25,208 bases of DNA. Origin: Candidatus Anoxychlamydiales bacterium. GTDB taxonomy: Bacteria; Chlamydiota; Chlamydiia; Chlamydiales; SM23-39. Both the position numbers and the translations under genes were made by a program. The notes beneath the pieces were generated by a model that had not been told where the DNA came from, ran no database searches, and was given only the letters and a program-made list of their open reading frames with translations. Location: contig JAAKFW010000001.1 of the NCBI GenBank assembly GCA_011064905.1, positions 1 through 25,208 of the forward strand. Direction: 5' to 3'. This document shows positions 1 through 8,292 of this stretch, one piece after another (the first letter of the stretch is position 1; each line of letters starts with the position of its first letter).

Positions 1-93
1 CAATCAGCTGCAGATATAGAAGTTGCATTTAACAAGATAAGTTTTAATATTTTTCAGACTCTACAAAAAATGGCTGAGAATAATTTAAATTAA
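1..93 (+). CDS. 3' end of an upstream gene, truncated by the window edge (QSAADIEVAFNKISFNIFQTLQKMAENNLN-stop)
   Basis: Open frame 1 from base 1 to TAA at 91-93; amphipathic helical C-terminus; followed directly by AAGGAGG and the ATG at 105. Confidence 0.65.
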   Translation, partial: QSAADIEVAFNKISFNIFQTLQKMAENNLN

Positions 94-104
94 AGGAGGT
101 AAAA

Positions 105-539
105 ATGGCTCAAGGAAATACAAATATTCAAATGGCTCTAGCAACTCAAGCAATTGAGTCCATTGAAGTCTTAAATAAATCAAGAACAATCGATATTTAT
201 AGAAAGATTTTAGAGGCTCAAGAAGCAACAGACGCTACTGCTAAAACTCAAAAAAAACAGGCTCTCCCAGATGGTTTAGCACTGGCATTAACGGGGGTAT
301 CAATGGCAGCTTCAGCAATTTTTAATAAGCCAGATTTACTACCGACTTTAACTCAATTAAGCTCATCTTCTAGTTCTATTTGGTCTAAAAGACTAGAAGG
401 AAATGTAACCTCTCATTCTCATGAGTCTAGAGTTGCCGACATTGCAAGAGATCGTATTTCAAATACTGAGCATTCTACAGATAGATCTATAACTGATATA
501 GCAGAACAAGTTGGTAGGTTAAACCAAAAAGAAATATAA
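105..539 (+). CDS. Hypothetical 144-aa protein, helical with one central hydrophobic segment; possibly T3SS minor-translocator-like
   Basis: Strong SD (AGGAGG) 6 nt before ATG; hydrophobic stretch LPDGLALALTGVSMAASAIF flanked by coiled-coil-like helices. The ORF is solid, the function is inference. Confidence 0.7.
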   Translation: MAQGNTNIQMALATQAIESIEVLNKSRTIDIYRKILEAQEATDATAKTQKKQALPDGLALALTGVSMAASAIFNKPDLLPTLTQLSSSSSSIWSKRLEGNVTSHSHESRVADIARDRISNTEHSTDRSITDIAEQVGRLNQKEI

Positions 540-544
540 AAAGA

Positions 545-564
545 CAAAACAATCTTTTGTTTTG
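545..564 (+). terminator. Weak AT-rich hairpin after the 105..539 gene
   Basis: CAAAACAA-TCTT-TTGTTTTG, 8-bp stem and 4-nt loop, 5 nt after the stop; no clear downstream U tract. Confidence 0.35.
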
Positions 565-616
565 CTAAGAAATTTCTAATTTCATATAGTCCGGCTTAGA
601 TAGACAAATTAGGCTT

Positions 617-1414
617 ATGTATATTATACTAAGGGATTCTTTTTTAAACTTTTTAGCTGGCGCTGGAGAATACATCAAATTAATATCAGATGTATCAAAA
701 ACTATATTCCAAAAATTCCCTAAATGGTCACTTATTAGAGATCAACTTTTTTCAATTGGAGTTATGTCACTTGGCGTAGTTGCAATAACAGGACTCTCAA
801 CGGGTGTAGTACTAGCAGCGCAAAGTATTTATCAACTAAGTTCTAAGGGCCTTGCTAACATCACAGGAATCATGGTTGCAAAAGCTATGATTACAGAATT
901 AGGACCGGTACTCACAGCTTTTATGGTAACAGGAAGAGTTGGAGCTGCTATGTGCGCTGAAATTGGAACGATGAAAGTAACCGAGCAAATTGATGCGATA
1001 AGATCGATGGCAGTAAACCCTAAAAGCTATTTAATAGCGCCGAGATTTATAGCGGGGATAGTTATGGTCCCGCTTTTAACAGTATTTTGTATTCTTATGG
1101 GAATTTTAGGAGGATATTTAATATCCACCTATTTTTTTCATATGAGCTCAGCGGCTTATTTCACACCTATGCCATTGCATATCACTCGTTTTGATATAAT
1201 TGCGGGAGCAGTAAAATCCATAATTTTTGGAATTTTGCTAGTTACTATTTGCTGTTATAAGGGTCTCAAAACTAAAGGCGGCGCTGAAGGGGTTGGAAAA
1301 GCAACAACTAATTCTGTGGTTATTAGCTATGTATCTATATTGATATCTGATTTTCTGATAACTCTAGCTTTAAATGCTATACATCTAAAAATTAAATATG
1401 GCTGGCACCTATGA
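617..1414 (+). CDS. mlaE: MlaE-family lipid asymmetry ABC transporter permease
   Basis: Family motifs ELGPVLTAFMVTGRVGAAMCAEIGTMKVTEQIDA, APRFIA and GGAEGVGKATTNSVV; multiple TM helices; ATGA overlap with the downstream ATPase. Confidence 0.95.
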   Translation: MYIILRDSFLNFLAGAGEYIKLISDVSKTIFQKFPKWSLIRDQLFSIGVMSLGVVAITGLSTGVVLAAQSIYQLSSKGLANITGIMVAKAMITELGPVLTAFMVTGRVGAAMCAEIGTMKVTEQIDAIRSMAVNPKSYLIAPRFIAGIVMVPLLTVFCILMGILGGYLISTYFFHMSSAAYFTPMPLHITRFDIIAGAVKSIIFGILLVTICCYKGLKTKGGAEGVGKATTNSVVISYVSILISDFLITLALNAIHLKIKYGWHL

Positions 1415-2172
1415 TTAATATAAAAGATTTATATAAAACATATTCTAATCACTTGGTTTTAAAAGGACTTAACTTAGAAGTTAAAAGAGGTGAAATTCTA
1501 GTAATTTTAGGAAGATCAGGTGTTGGGAAAAGCGTACTTTTAAAACATATTATTGGGATAGAAAAACCAGATAGCGGGAAAGTTGAAATAGATGGAGTTG
1601 ATATTACAAATCTTTCATTTACTGATTTGTATAAACACATCAAAAATATGGGAATGCTTTTTCAGGGATCAGCCCTCTTTGATTCAATGAATATCGAACA
1701 AAACACTGGGTTTTATTTAGAATATAATCTAGATCCGATCTCTAAAAAGAAATTAAACAAAAAAGAGATCAAGGAAAAAGTTTGTGCAGCACTTCAAATG
1801 GTTGGTTTAGAAGATGCTAAAGAAAAGATGCCATCTGATTTATCCGGTGGCATGAAGAAAAGAGCAGCTCTTGCTAGGTTAATCGCATATAGACCGAAAA
1901 TACTTTTATATGATGAGCCTACAACTGGTTTAGATCCAATAACATCTAATCAAATAAATGAATTGATCGTTAAAACTCAAAATGAACTTGGAGGAACATC
2001 TATAATTGTAACTCATGATATTCATTCAGCTTGGTATGTAGCAGATAGGATAGCAATGCATAGAGATGGTAAAATAATTTATATAGATACTCCAGAGGAG
2101 TTTATTAAAATTGACGATCCTGATATTGCTTATTTAAAGAAGACTTTAACAAATTTTGAAAGGGGCAGATAA
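1411..2172 (+). CDS. mlaF: MlaF-family ABC transporter ATP-binding protein
   Basis: Walker A GRSGVGKS, Q-loop GMLFQGSALFDS, signature LSGGMKKR, Walker B ILLYDEPTTGLDP, H-loop VTHD; lies between mlaE and mlaD. Confidence 0.95.
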   Translation: MINIKDLYKTYSNHLVLKGLNLEVKRGEILVILGRSGVGKSVLLKHIIGIEKPDSGKVEIDGVDITNLSFTDLYKHIKNMGMLFQGSALFDSMNIEQNTGFYLEYNLDPISKKKLNKKEIKEKVCAALQMVGLEDAKEKMPSDLSGGMKKRAALARLIAYRPKILLYDEPTTGLDPITSNQINELIVKTQNELGGTSIIVTHDIHSAWYVADRIAMHRDGKIIYIDTPEEFIKIDDPDIAYLKKTLTNFERGR

Positions 2173-2187
2173 ACTAAGGTATAAAAA

Positions 2188-3396
2188 ATGTCTGATAAGC
2201 TAAAAAACATTTTAATAGGTTTGTTTGCACTGATGGCAATAATGATTATTGCTGGAACTGTACTTTTTCTGCAGCCCTCAATTGGCGATGGGGAAAAAAC
2301 CTTAAATGTAAGATTTTCAAATATAGCTGGAATAAACATAGGAACAAGAGTTACTTTTGCAGGAAAGCCGATTGGAGAAGTTGCCAAAATTTTAGAAGTG
2401 CAAGATGCAAGAGATGATCAAAGAGATGACTTCTCTAGAATCTACTGTTATCAACTAGTACTTAAAGTGGACTCAAGCATCGATGTTTATGAAAACGATA
2501 TTATCTCAATCCAAACAACCGGGCTTATGGGAGAAAAATCTATTGGTATCATCCCTAAATCTTCTCCTAAAGAAGCTAAACTCGTTACAAATGAAATCAT
2601 TTATGCAAAGTCTGTAGATTCTATTGAAAACACAGCTCAACAAATATCCCAGCTTTCAGATAAAGCAGAAAAAACCCTAGATAATTTCAATGTATGGTTT
2701 GAAAAAAACTCCCAAAGCATCTCTCTTGCAATGACGTCTGTCTCTAATCTTCTAAGCGACATAGACAATCAAAAAGTAATTTCATCAGTGCATAGCTCTA
2801 TTAACTCTTTTAATCAGAGTTTAAACCATGTGAATAGTGCTTTAAAAATTGTAGAAAAAAACAATACTTTTGATAAGCTAAATGTTTTAGTCGACAATAT
2901 CACTTTAACAAGCGATTTTATCTCTACTGAAGGCAAAGAGACTATGGAAAATATAAAATTATTAACTCAACATTTCAATAACTCAAAAACAAGTATTGGT
3001 AAACTTTTAACTACAGATGATTTATATTTAAAATTTAATGCTTTATTTGGTAAAGCTAACACTCTCTTTAACGATATAAATCAATATGGTGTTTTATTTC
3101 AGTATTCTAAAGGCTGGCAAAGACAAAGAACTAAAAGAGCAAATATCTTAGAATCTTTATCTACAGCAAAAAGCTTTAGAAGCTATTTTGAGACAGAAAT
3201 ATCAGATATTACAAGTTCTCTTGGCAGAATCAATACTCTTGTTGAAAAGTCAAGTGATCTCTCTCAAAAGCAGCGAATTGAAAATAGCGAAGCCTTCAAA
3301 AGAAACTATGCGTATCTTCTAAGGCAAGTCGAGAGTCTATTAAATATGGTAAAACTATATAATGAAGATCTATCAGATCAGTCTAATGATCAGTAA
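2188..3396 (+). CDS. mlaD: MlaD/MCE-domain protein with long helical C-terminal extension (402 aa)
   Basis: N-terminal TM anchor, MCE motifs FSNIAGINIGTRVTFAGKPIGEV and TTGLMGEKSIGI, then about 250 aa of heptad-rich helix; operon context. Confidence 0.88.
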   Translation: MSDKLKNILIGLFALMAIMIIAGTVLFLQPSIGDGEKTLNVRFSNIAGINIGTRVTFAGKPIGEVAKILEVQDARDDQRDDFSRIYCYQLVLKVDSSIDVYENDIISIQTTGLMGEKSIGIIPKSSPKEAKLVTNEIIYAKSVDSIENTAQQISQLSDKAEKTLDNFNVWFEKNSQSISLAMTSVSNLLSDIDNQKVISSVHSSINSFNQSLNHVNSALKIVEKNNTFDKLNVLVDNITLTSDFISTEGKETMENIKLLTQHFNNSKTSIGKLLTTDDLYLKFNALFGKANTLFNDINQYGVLFQYSKGWQRQRTKRANILESLSTAKSFRSYFETEISDITSSLGRINTLVEKSSDLSQKQRIENSEAFKRNYAYLLRQVESLLNMVKLYNEDLSDQSNDQ

Positions 3397-5542
3397 GCTT
3401 GATAGATTTTAAAAAGACTGCATCATACATTGAAGAAATCCCCTTTAAAACTTTGGCTCTATGGGTTAACATTTCAACGTCAATAGTGTTAATAGATGAT
3501 ATCATTCTTGTTAAATCTAAAGAGTTTATAGATCTTTCACGAATAAGCAAAGCAGGCCCGTATATGAGCCATCTAAAATAGTCCTCAGACTCTTTAGAAA
3601 AACTCACATTTTTCAAAATTTTCAAAAAGTTATAAAAGCAAGCTGCTGCTAAAGATCCATTATCTATAGCATCTTTATCAGAAAAGCTCATAACTTTTGG
3701 ATTATGCACCTCTATCAACTTTAGAACAAAGAAGTTATAAAATATTTCAATAAAATCTAGTCTATTTTTTCTAGTTAAGACATTTTTATTCATGAAAAAT
3801 TGCTTATGAATAAATTCTATTGCTTTATCCATAAACCTATAAAGCTCATCTGTAAATTTTATTGTAAAAGAGCCCTCTTTAGAAATAATTTCATTTCTAA
3901 AAATTTTTATAAAATCCGTAGCTTTATTTACATTCATATAAGTACCTGATTGATGATAAAAATCAGATTCTTTATCCAAAGTAACAATAACTATATTATT
4001 CTTAAAATCAGCTCTTTTCTCTAATAGCTCTATTGCTTGGCTTCTCGCTTGATCTTTATAAGAGTTTTTTCCCTGCAGGTTGATGAACAAATACTTTTGA
4101 TCTCTCTCAAAAGATCTTAAAAAACCTTTAAATGCATCTACAACCTCAGCTGATGATATAATGTATTGTTTAGTTGGGCTGGGACATCTAATGACATTTA
4201 ACTTATTTTTCTTATGATCTATCTCATATAACTTTAAAGGAGCGTTATCTTGAAGCAAAGGATCGAAAAGAGACATCTCTTCTAATCTAATAACATCTAA
4301 TATTTTCATGAGAGGTCCACTTGGATATGCATCTAATATAATCTGAATACTTTCATCATTCTCTAATATGGTATTGTAAAAGGAGGCTTTTTTAGGATAT
4401 TTAAATTTTCTTTTTTCATCCCCTTTTCTAATAAGCATATGGATAAAACCGATCACCTCTTGCTTTATAAAAGAGTTTCTTAAAAAAAAGTTTTCACATA
4501 GAGTATGAACTAGATCTATAATGCATTTAGCTCTCTTATCATCAATGTCATAAGCTATAATTTTTTGATATTCATCTGTAGATATAATATCCCTTAAAAA
4601 ACTTTGAAAATCATGAAAATATTCTATGGAATTTTTATAAAAACTACTAGTTATCAAATGTCTAGGATTAGCCGCTAAATCAAGAGCAAAGATTGCCTCA
4701 TTTATTAAAGTGACAATTTGAGAGTTTATATTTTTATGAAAATTTTGAAAAAAATACTTATCAATAATCTTTTGAGACTTTTCTAAAATATCAACAGCTG
4801 ATCTTTGAAAGTCTTTATCTAAAAAAATTCTAATTCTGAGTAACGGATCATCTTCAATATCTTTTAATGAACTCTCATCATAAGTGCAAAAAAGCTTAAT
4901 ATTACGAATTAGCTCATGATCAAAAAATGGCTTTTCTTCATCATCTACTAAATAAAAAAGCTCATAATCTTCATCTTTTTTCAGGGTTTCAAAATCCTTC
5001 AAACCACTTTTTTCAATATCTAATAAAAGCGAGTGTTCGTTCTCTAGCCATTTTTTATCCCAAGGCTCTTCCCCTTCTAAACTTTGAGTAAATTTTTTAG
5101 AGATACTATCTACATAAAAACTTTTAAGATCTTTATATTCAGTTGTATCTACAATTTTTTCAATATTTGGGACATCTTCTAAAAGATCAAAATACTTATC
5201 AACCTTATTTGCAGCATCTGTTGCCATAACCATTATAGCTTGAATACCTTTTCTGCTTTTAGGATCATCAAAATCTATAAAATCCCTTTCATAAATCTTT
5301 ATTAGATAATCTAAGACTACTTTATAGGTATCTTTTATACTCTCTATTAAAGACTCGGCATCATCCGAGATAAACCAATCCATAGATCTATAGCTAAACG
5401 CTTCATCTTCAATAACAATTTTATGTTTTTTCACAATCCCAATAGGCTCTTTAGCATCGATTTTCATCTCGCTTAAAGCTCCCAAGTTAGCTAAAGCATC
5501 ATGAATTGTTAACTCTATTATCTCTTTAGTTTTCTGTCTCAA
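3383..5542 (-). CDS. Large soluble hypothetical protein (719 aa); possible degenerate CX5R phosphatase-like C-terminal domain
   Basis: Long ORF, TTG start preceded by AGGT SD-like sequence; no TM segments; SDKDAIDNG loop between a strand and a helix near the C-terminus. Function is speculative. Confidence 0.8.
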   Translation of the reverse strand: MRQKTKEIIELTIHDALANLGALSEMKIDAKEPIGIVKKHKIVIEDEAFSYRSMDWFISDDAESLIESIKDTYKVVLDYLIKIYERDFIDFDDPKSRKGIQAIMVMATDAANKVDKYFDLLEDVPNIEKIVDTTEYKDLKSFYVDSISKKFTQSLEGEEPWDKKWLENEHSLLLDIEKSGLKDFETLKKDEDYELFYLVDDEEKPFFDHELIRNIKLFCTYDESSLKDIEDDPLLRIRIFLDKDFQRSAVDILEKSQKIIDKYFFQNFHKNINSQIVTLINEAIFALDLAANPRHLITSSFYKNSIEYFHDFQSFLRDIISTDEYQKIIAYDIDDKRAKCIIDLVHTLCENFFLRNSFIKQEVIGFIHMLIRKGDEKRKFKYPKKASFYNTILENDESIQIILDAYPSGPLMKILDVIRLEEMSLFDPLLQDNAPLKLYEIDHKKNKLNVIRCPSPTKQYIISSAEVVDAFKGFLRSFERDQKYLFINLQGKNSYKDQARSQAIELLEKRADFKNNIVIVTLDKESDFYHQSGTYMNVNKATDFIKIFRNEIISKEGSFTIKFTDELYRFMDKAIEFIHKQFFMNKNVLTRKNRLDFIEIFYNFFVLKLIEVHNPKVMSFSDKDAIDNGSLAAACFYNFLKILKNVSFSKESEDYFRWLIYGPALLIRERSINSLDLTRMISSINTIDVEMLTHRAKVLKGISSMYDAVFLKSIKLTDH

Positions 5543-5927
5543 CTACTTACCTATAATTACTATACAGTTTATGTCGCTTTCTAACTTAATTATTATATTA
5601 TGCTCATTATTAATTCAACTTTATTACATAAAATGCTAACAATAATTTATCTATATAAAAACGAGCTGCATTCAACTAAAAGATCATAAATGAGTTAAAA
5701 CCCAAAACCTCATTTTTTTGAAATTTTGCTCTTTTTTTAATCAATCCTCTCCAAAAATTTGGAATCTTTACCAAAAATTAAAAAAAAGTTTATAGAAATT
5801 TAAAATATTTTTTTCCAAAAAATAGGCTATGTGTTATATCTATGTAGTTTTTTTTAGAAACCATAAACAAAATATTTTACTTTTTTTCGCTTAAAGCCCT
5901 AAAAGTAAAAAACATAAGGAGAAATTT

Positions 5928-6548
5928 ATGAGTAAATTATCTAGTATCTCTAATTTTTTTTATACAAAGCCAACTGATGCTAAAGTAGCATCTTTTGCCT
6001 ACACAGATGCAGAAGGAAAAAACCAAGATGGATCTGCAGTTACTCTAACAGCCGGAAAAGTTTCGCGCACAGTTATTTTTGATCCTGAAAAAGAGAATTA
6101 TCAAATATTAAAACCGACAGGCCTTAGCCTGAATCAAAGAGTTGTTGTTTTGGATGGCAAGGAAAATGAGTTTGTAGCAAAACCTATTTCCAGCACTCTA
6201 GATTTGAAAGGCTGGAAGTCAATCAAAGGTGGTGCTTTAGAAGATGAAGCTGCAACCAAAGCTTTTGCTTCAAATGTTGTTGAAAAGGCAATAAACTTTA
6301 AAGCTAGTAGATTCTTTAGATGGTCTGCTCAATCTGTTTCTAGTGGAGTTTCTAAAGCCTATTCTAATCTTAACGGCAAAAAAGTAGCTCTATTTACTAC
6401 AGGAGCACTACTAGCAGTTGGTGCATATTGGGTTTATACGAACCCTTCTGCTTGTGAAACAAAGCTTAAAGAATTTCAAGAGGCTGCAATTCACGATAGT
6501 AAAATGGCTAACGCTTGGTTAGGTTTTCGAGCGTACATTGGATTCTAA
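5928..6548 (+). CDS. Hypothetical protein with a single TM near the C-terminus (206 aa)
   Basis: AAGGAG SD; Ser-rich N-terminus MSKLSSIS; hydrophobic VALFTTGALLAVGAYWVY followed by about 36 aa. Confidence 0.8.
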   Translation: MSKLSSISNFFYTKPTDAKVASFAYTDAEGKNQDGSAVTLTAGKVSRTVIFDPEKENYQILKPTGLSLNQRVVVLDGKENEFVAKPISSTLDLKGWKSIKGGALEDEAATKAFASNVVEKAINFKASRFFRWSAQSVSSGVSKAYSNLNGKKVALFTTGALLAVGAYWVYTNPSACETKLKEFQEAAIHDSKMANAWLGFRAYIGF

Positions 6549-6577
6549 AAAAATAAATAAAAAATAGAGGAAAAAAT

Positions 6578-7297
6578 ATGTCAGTTAATAGCGCAACATT
6601 TGTAAAATCAGTTACCATTTCTTCTGAAGATGGTAACAAAATAGCAATTGCTACTAAGTGGAAGGTTAACTTTAAAGCAACTTCAACGCTGTCTTTCAGC
6701 TCTACAAAAACCTATCACGTTGTAATTCTAAACGAGCAAAAACGAAAGGGTTTGCTTGGACGTTCGAGCACTAATATGTCAGCCTATGTAACGAATACAA
6801 TCCCTAAAAAGAGTGATTTATCTAAATCTACTCTGCATTTAGAAGCTGATAGTGATAATGAAGTATTAAATGATCATTTAAAGAATCCAATATGCTCATT
6901 TAAAAAAACGGATTTAGTAGATCTAGGATTCACTATTGATAAAGCTGAGTTTGAAAAAGTTGACTCTATCTCTCCTGAGATAATAAAAAATATTGGAGAT
7001 TTTCTAAAAACATACTTAGAAGCAACTTCTTCTTCCTCGTCTTCTTCTTCTTCTTCTTCTTCTTCAAAAGCAGAAGAAAAAAAGGCAGAGACTAAAACTG
7101 AAGATAAAGTAGAAGAAAAAGCATCCGCTACCACAAAAAAAGATGCTCTCAAACCATTAGACTCATCTAAAGGTTGGACAAGACCTTCTCTATCCAATTT
7201 ATGTGCTAGAGCCACACCTTTAGTAGCTGGTTTTGTTTTCTCTGCTACAGCATTAGCTATATCTCATTTTGTATCCTCAGAGGGAAATATAGTCTAA
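6578..7297 (+). CDS. Hypothetical tail-anchored protein with Ser13 tract (239 aa)
   Basis: GAGG SD; S13 run and K/E-rich linker; C-terminal hydrophobic PLVAGFVFSATALAISHFV with an 7-aa tail. Confidence 0.82.
   Translation: MSVNSATFVKSVTISSEDGNKIAIATKWKVNFKATSTLSFSSTKTYHVVILNEQKRKGLLGRSSTNMSAYVTNTIPKKSDLSKSTLHLEADSDNEVLNDHLKNPICSFKKTDLVDLGFTIDKAEFEKVDSISPEIIKNIGDFLKTYLEATSSSSSSSSSSSSSKAEEKKAETKTEDKVEEKASATTKKDALKPLDSSKGWTRPSLSNLCARATPLVAGFVFSATALAISHFVSSEGNIV
7028..7066 (+). repeat. Ser-codon microsatellite: 13 Ser codons including a pure (TCT)8 run at 7040-7063
   Basis: TCT TCT TCC TCG (TCT)8 TCA read directly from the sequence. Confidence 0.95.
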
Positions 7298-7320
7298 CTT
7301 CTCATTAAATCTTTTAACAA

Positions 7321-7350
7321 ATCCCCTACTAAATTTATTTAGTGGGGGAT
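7321..7350. terminator. Intrinsic terminator hairpin between convergent genes
   Basis: ATCCCCTACTAAA-TTTA-TTTAGTGGGGGAT, 13-bp stem with one G-U pair; followed by TACTTTTT on +; abuts the stop of the minus-strand gene. Confidence 0.75.
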
Positions 7351-7721
7351 TACTTTTTCATTTTTAAATGTTTTAACTCTAGATAATTAGTAAAGTAGCT
7401 AAATACCCAAACTAACGATCCACCAAGAACTATCCCTAAAATATTAGATGTAACACCAAAATCCACAATACTAATGATTATAAATGATAGATAACTTATC
7501 ACAAATCCAATAATAGCTATTTTTAAATTAGTAATCTCTACCTCTAGAAGAACTAGAACTGGAACGATAATAGAATTTAAAAACCCAACAACTATTGAAA
7601 ATAAAATATCAGCTCCTATATTTGGAACATTTTCATAAAATTGAATAGTGATTCCAGGCATAACCCTGGCTGCAAAAAAAACAATTAAAAAATTTAGAAA
7701 AAACGATCTTAAGTATGTCAT
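7350..7721 (-). CDS. 4-TM membrane protein, DUF360/YvlD (phage holin superfamily IV)-like, paralog B
   Basis: NFL.VFF...V.P, VGFLNS.I.PV and four hydrophobic segments; ATGA overlap with paralog A. Confidence 0.75.
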   Translation of the reverse strand: MTYLRSFFLNFLIVFFAARVMPGITIQFYENVPNIGADILFSIVVGFLNSIIVPVLVLLEVEITNLKIAIIGFVISYLSFIIISIVDFGVTSNILGIVLGGSLVWVFSYFTNYLELKHLKMKK

Positions 7722-8107
7722 TTTTCTTCTCTTTCCTTTTCTTTCATATAGTGTTTAATTTCGAGATGGTTAGTCAGATAAGAGACAAACCAAACAATTA
7801 AAGATGTCCAGATATAAGCGCCTGCTGCTGTAATTTTAATCCCAACCGGCAAGATATTTACAATTGAGTAAGCTGCAAAGCTAATAATAAAGCTAGAAAG
7901 ACCTACTTTTAAATGAGTTGATTTAATTTTAAAAAGCACAATCACTGGATAAATCAAAGAGTTCAAAAACCCAACTAAGAAAGCAAAAATCAGATCGCCA
8001 CCGATGTGAGGCAGCTTTGAATAATAATCGATTTCGACATTTGGTATAACGTGATTTACAAAAAACACTGTCAGGAAATTTATAATAAGGCTTTTGAAAT
8101 AGGTCAT
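7718..8107 (-). CDS. 4-TM membrane protein, DUF360/YvlD-like, paralog A
   Basis: AGGGTG SD; NHVIPNVEI, LVGFLNSLIYPVIVLF and four TM segments; full-length similarity to 7350..7721. Confidence 0.75.
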   Translation of the reverse strand: MTYFKSLIINFLTVFFVNHVIPNVEIDYYSKLPHIGGDLIFAFLVGFLNSLIYPVIVLFKIKSTHLKVGLSSFIISFAAYSIVNILPVGIKITAAGAYIWTSLIVWFVSYLTNHLEIKHYMKEKEREEK

Positions 8108-8292
8108 AAAACACCCTTTTTTGTTTTTATAACACCTTAATTAAAATATTGCAATTTGCCTCATTTAAAAAATATAAAAATTTTTAATTTTATTTTCACA
8201 AAGGCAGAAAATACAGCCGTAGATAAACCCATTTTAATAAAAGTCCTATTTTGTTAAAATTTAAACCTTTTAAAAAATTAATAAGGACAAAT

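Noticed and set aside
5543-5927. Structured ncRNA or riboswitch in the 385-bp divergent spacer
   Set aside because: No GC-paired stems or known consensus visible; the composition fits two back-to-back AT-rich promoter regions.
6874-7215. 113-aa minus-strand ORF with a poly-Glu tract
   Set aside because: Reverse complement of the TCT Ser run inside 6578..7297; it has no independent support.
7350-8107. Prophage lysis cassette, or an antiparallel (opposite-topology) heterodimer like EbrAB
   Set aside because: No endolysin, integrase or structural genes nearby. Lys/Arg counts favour N-in/C-in for both paralogs (about 9 versus 2 and 6 versus 1), so the orientation is the same.
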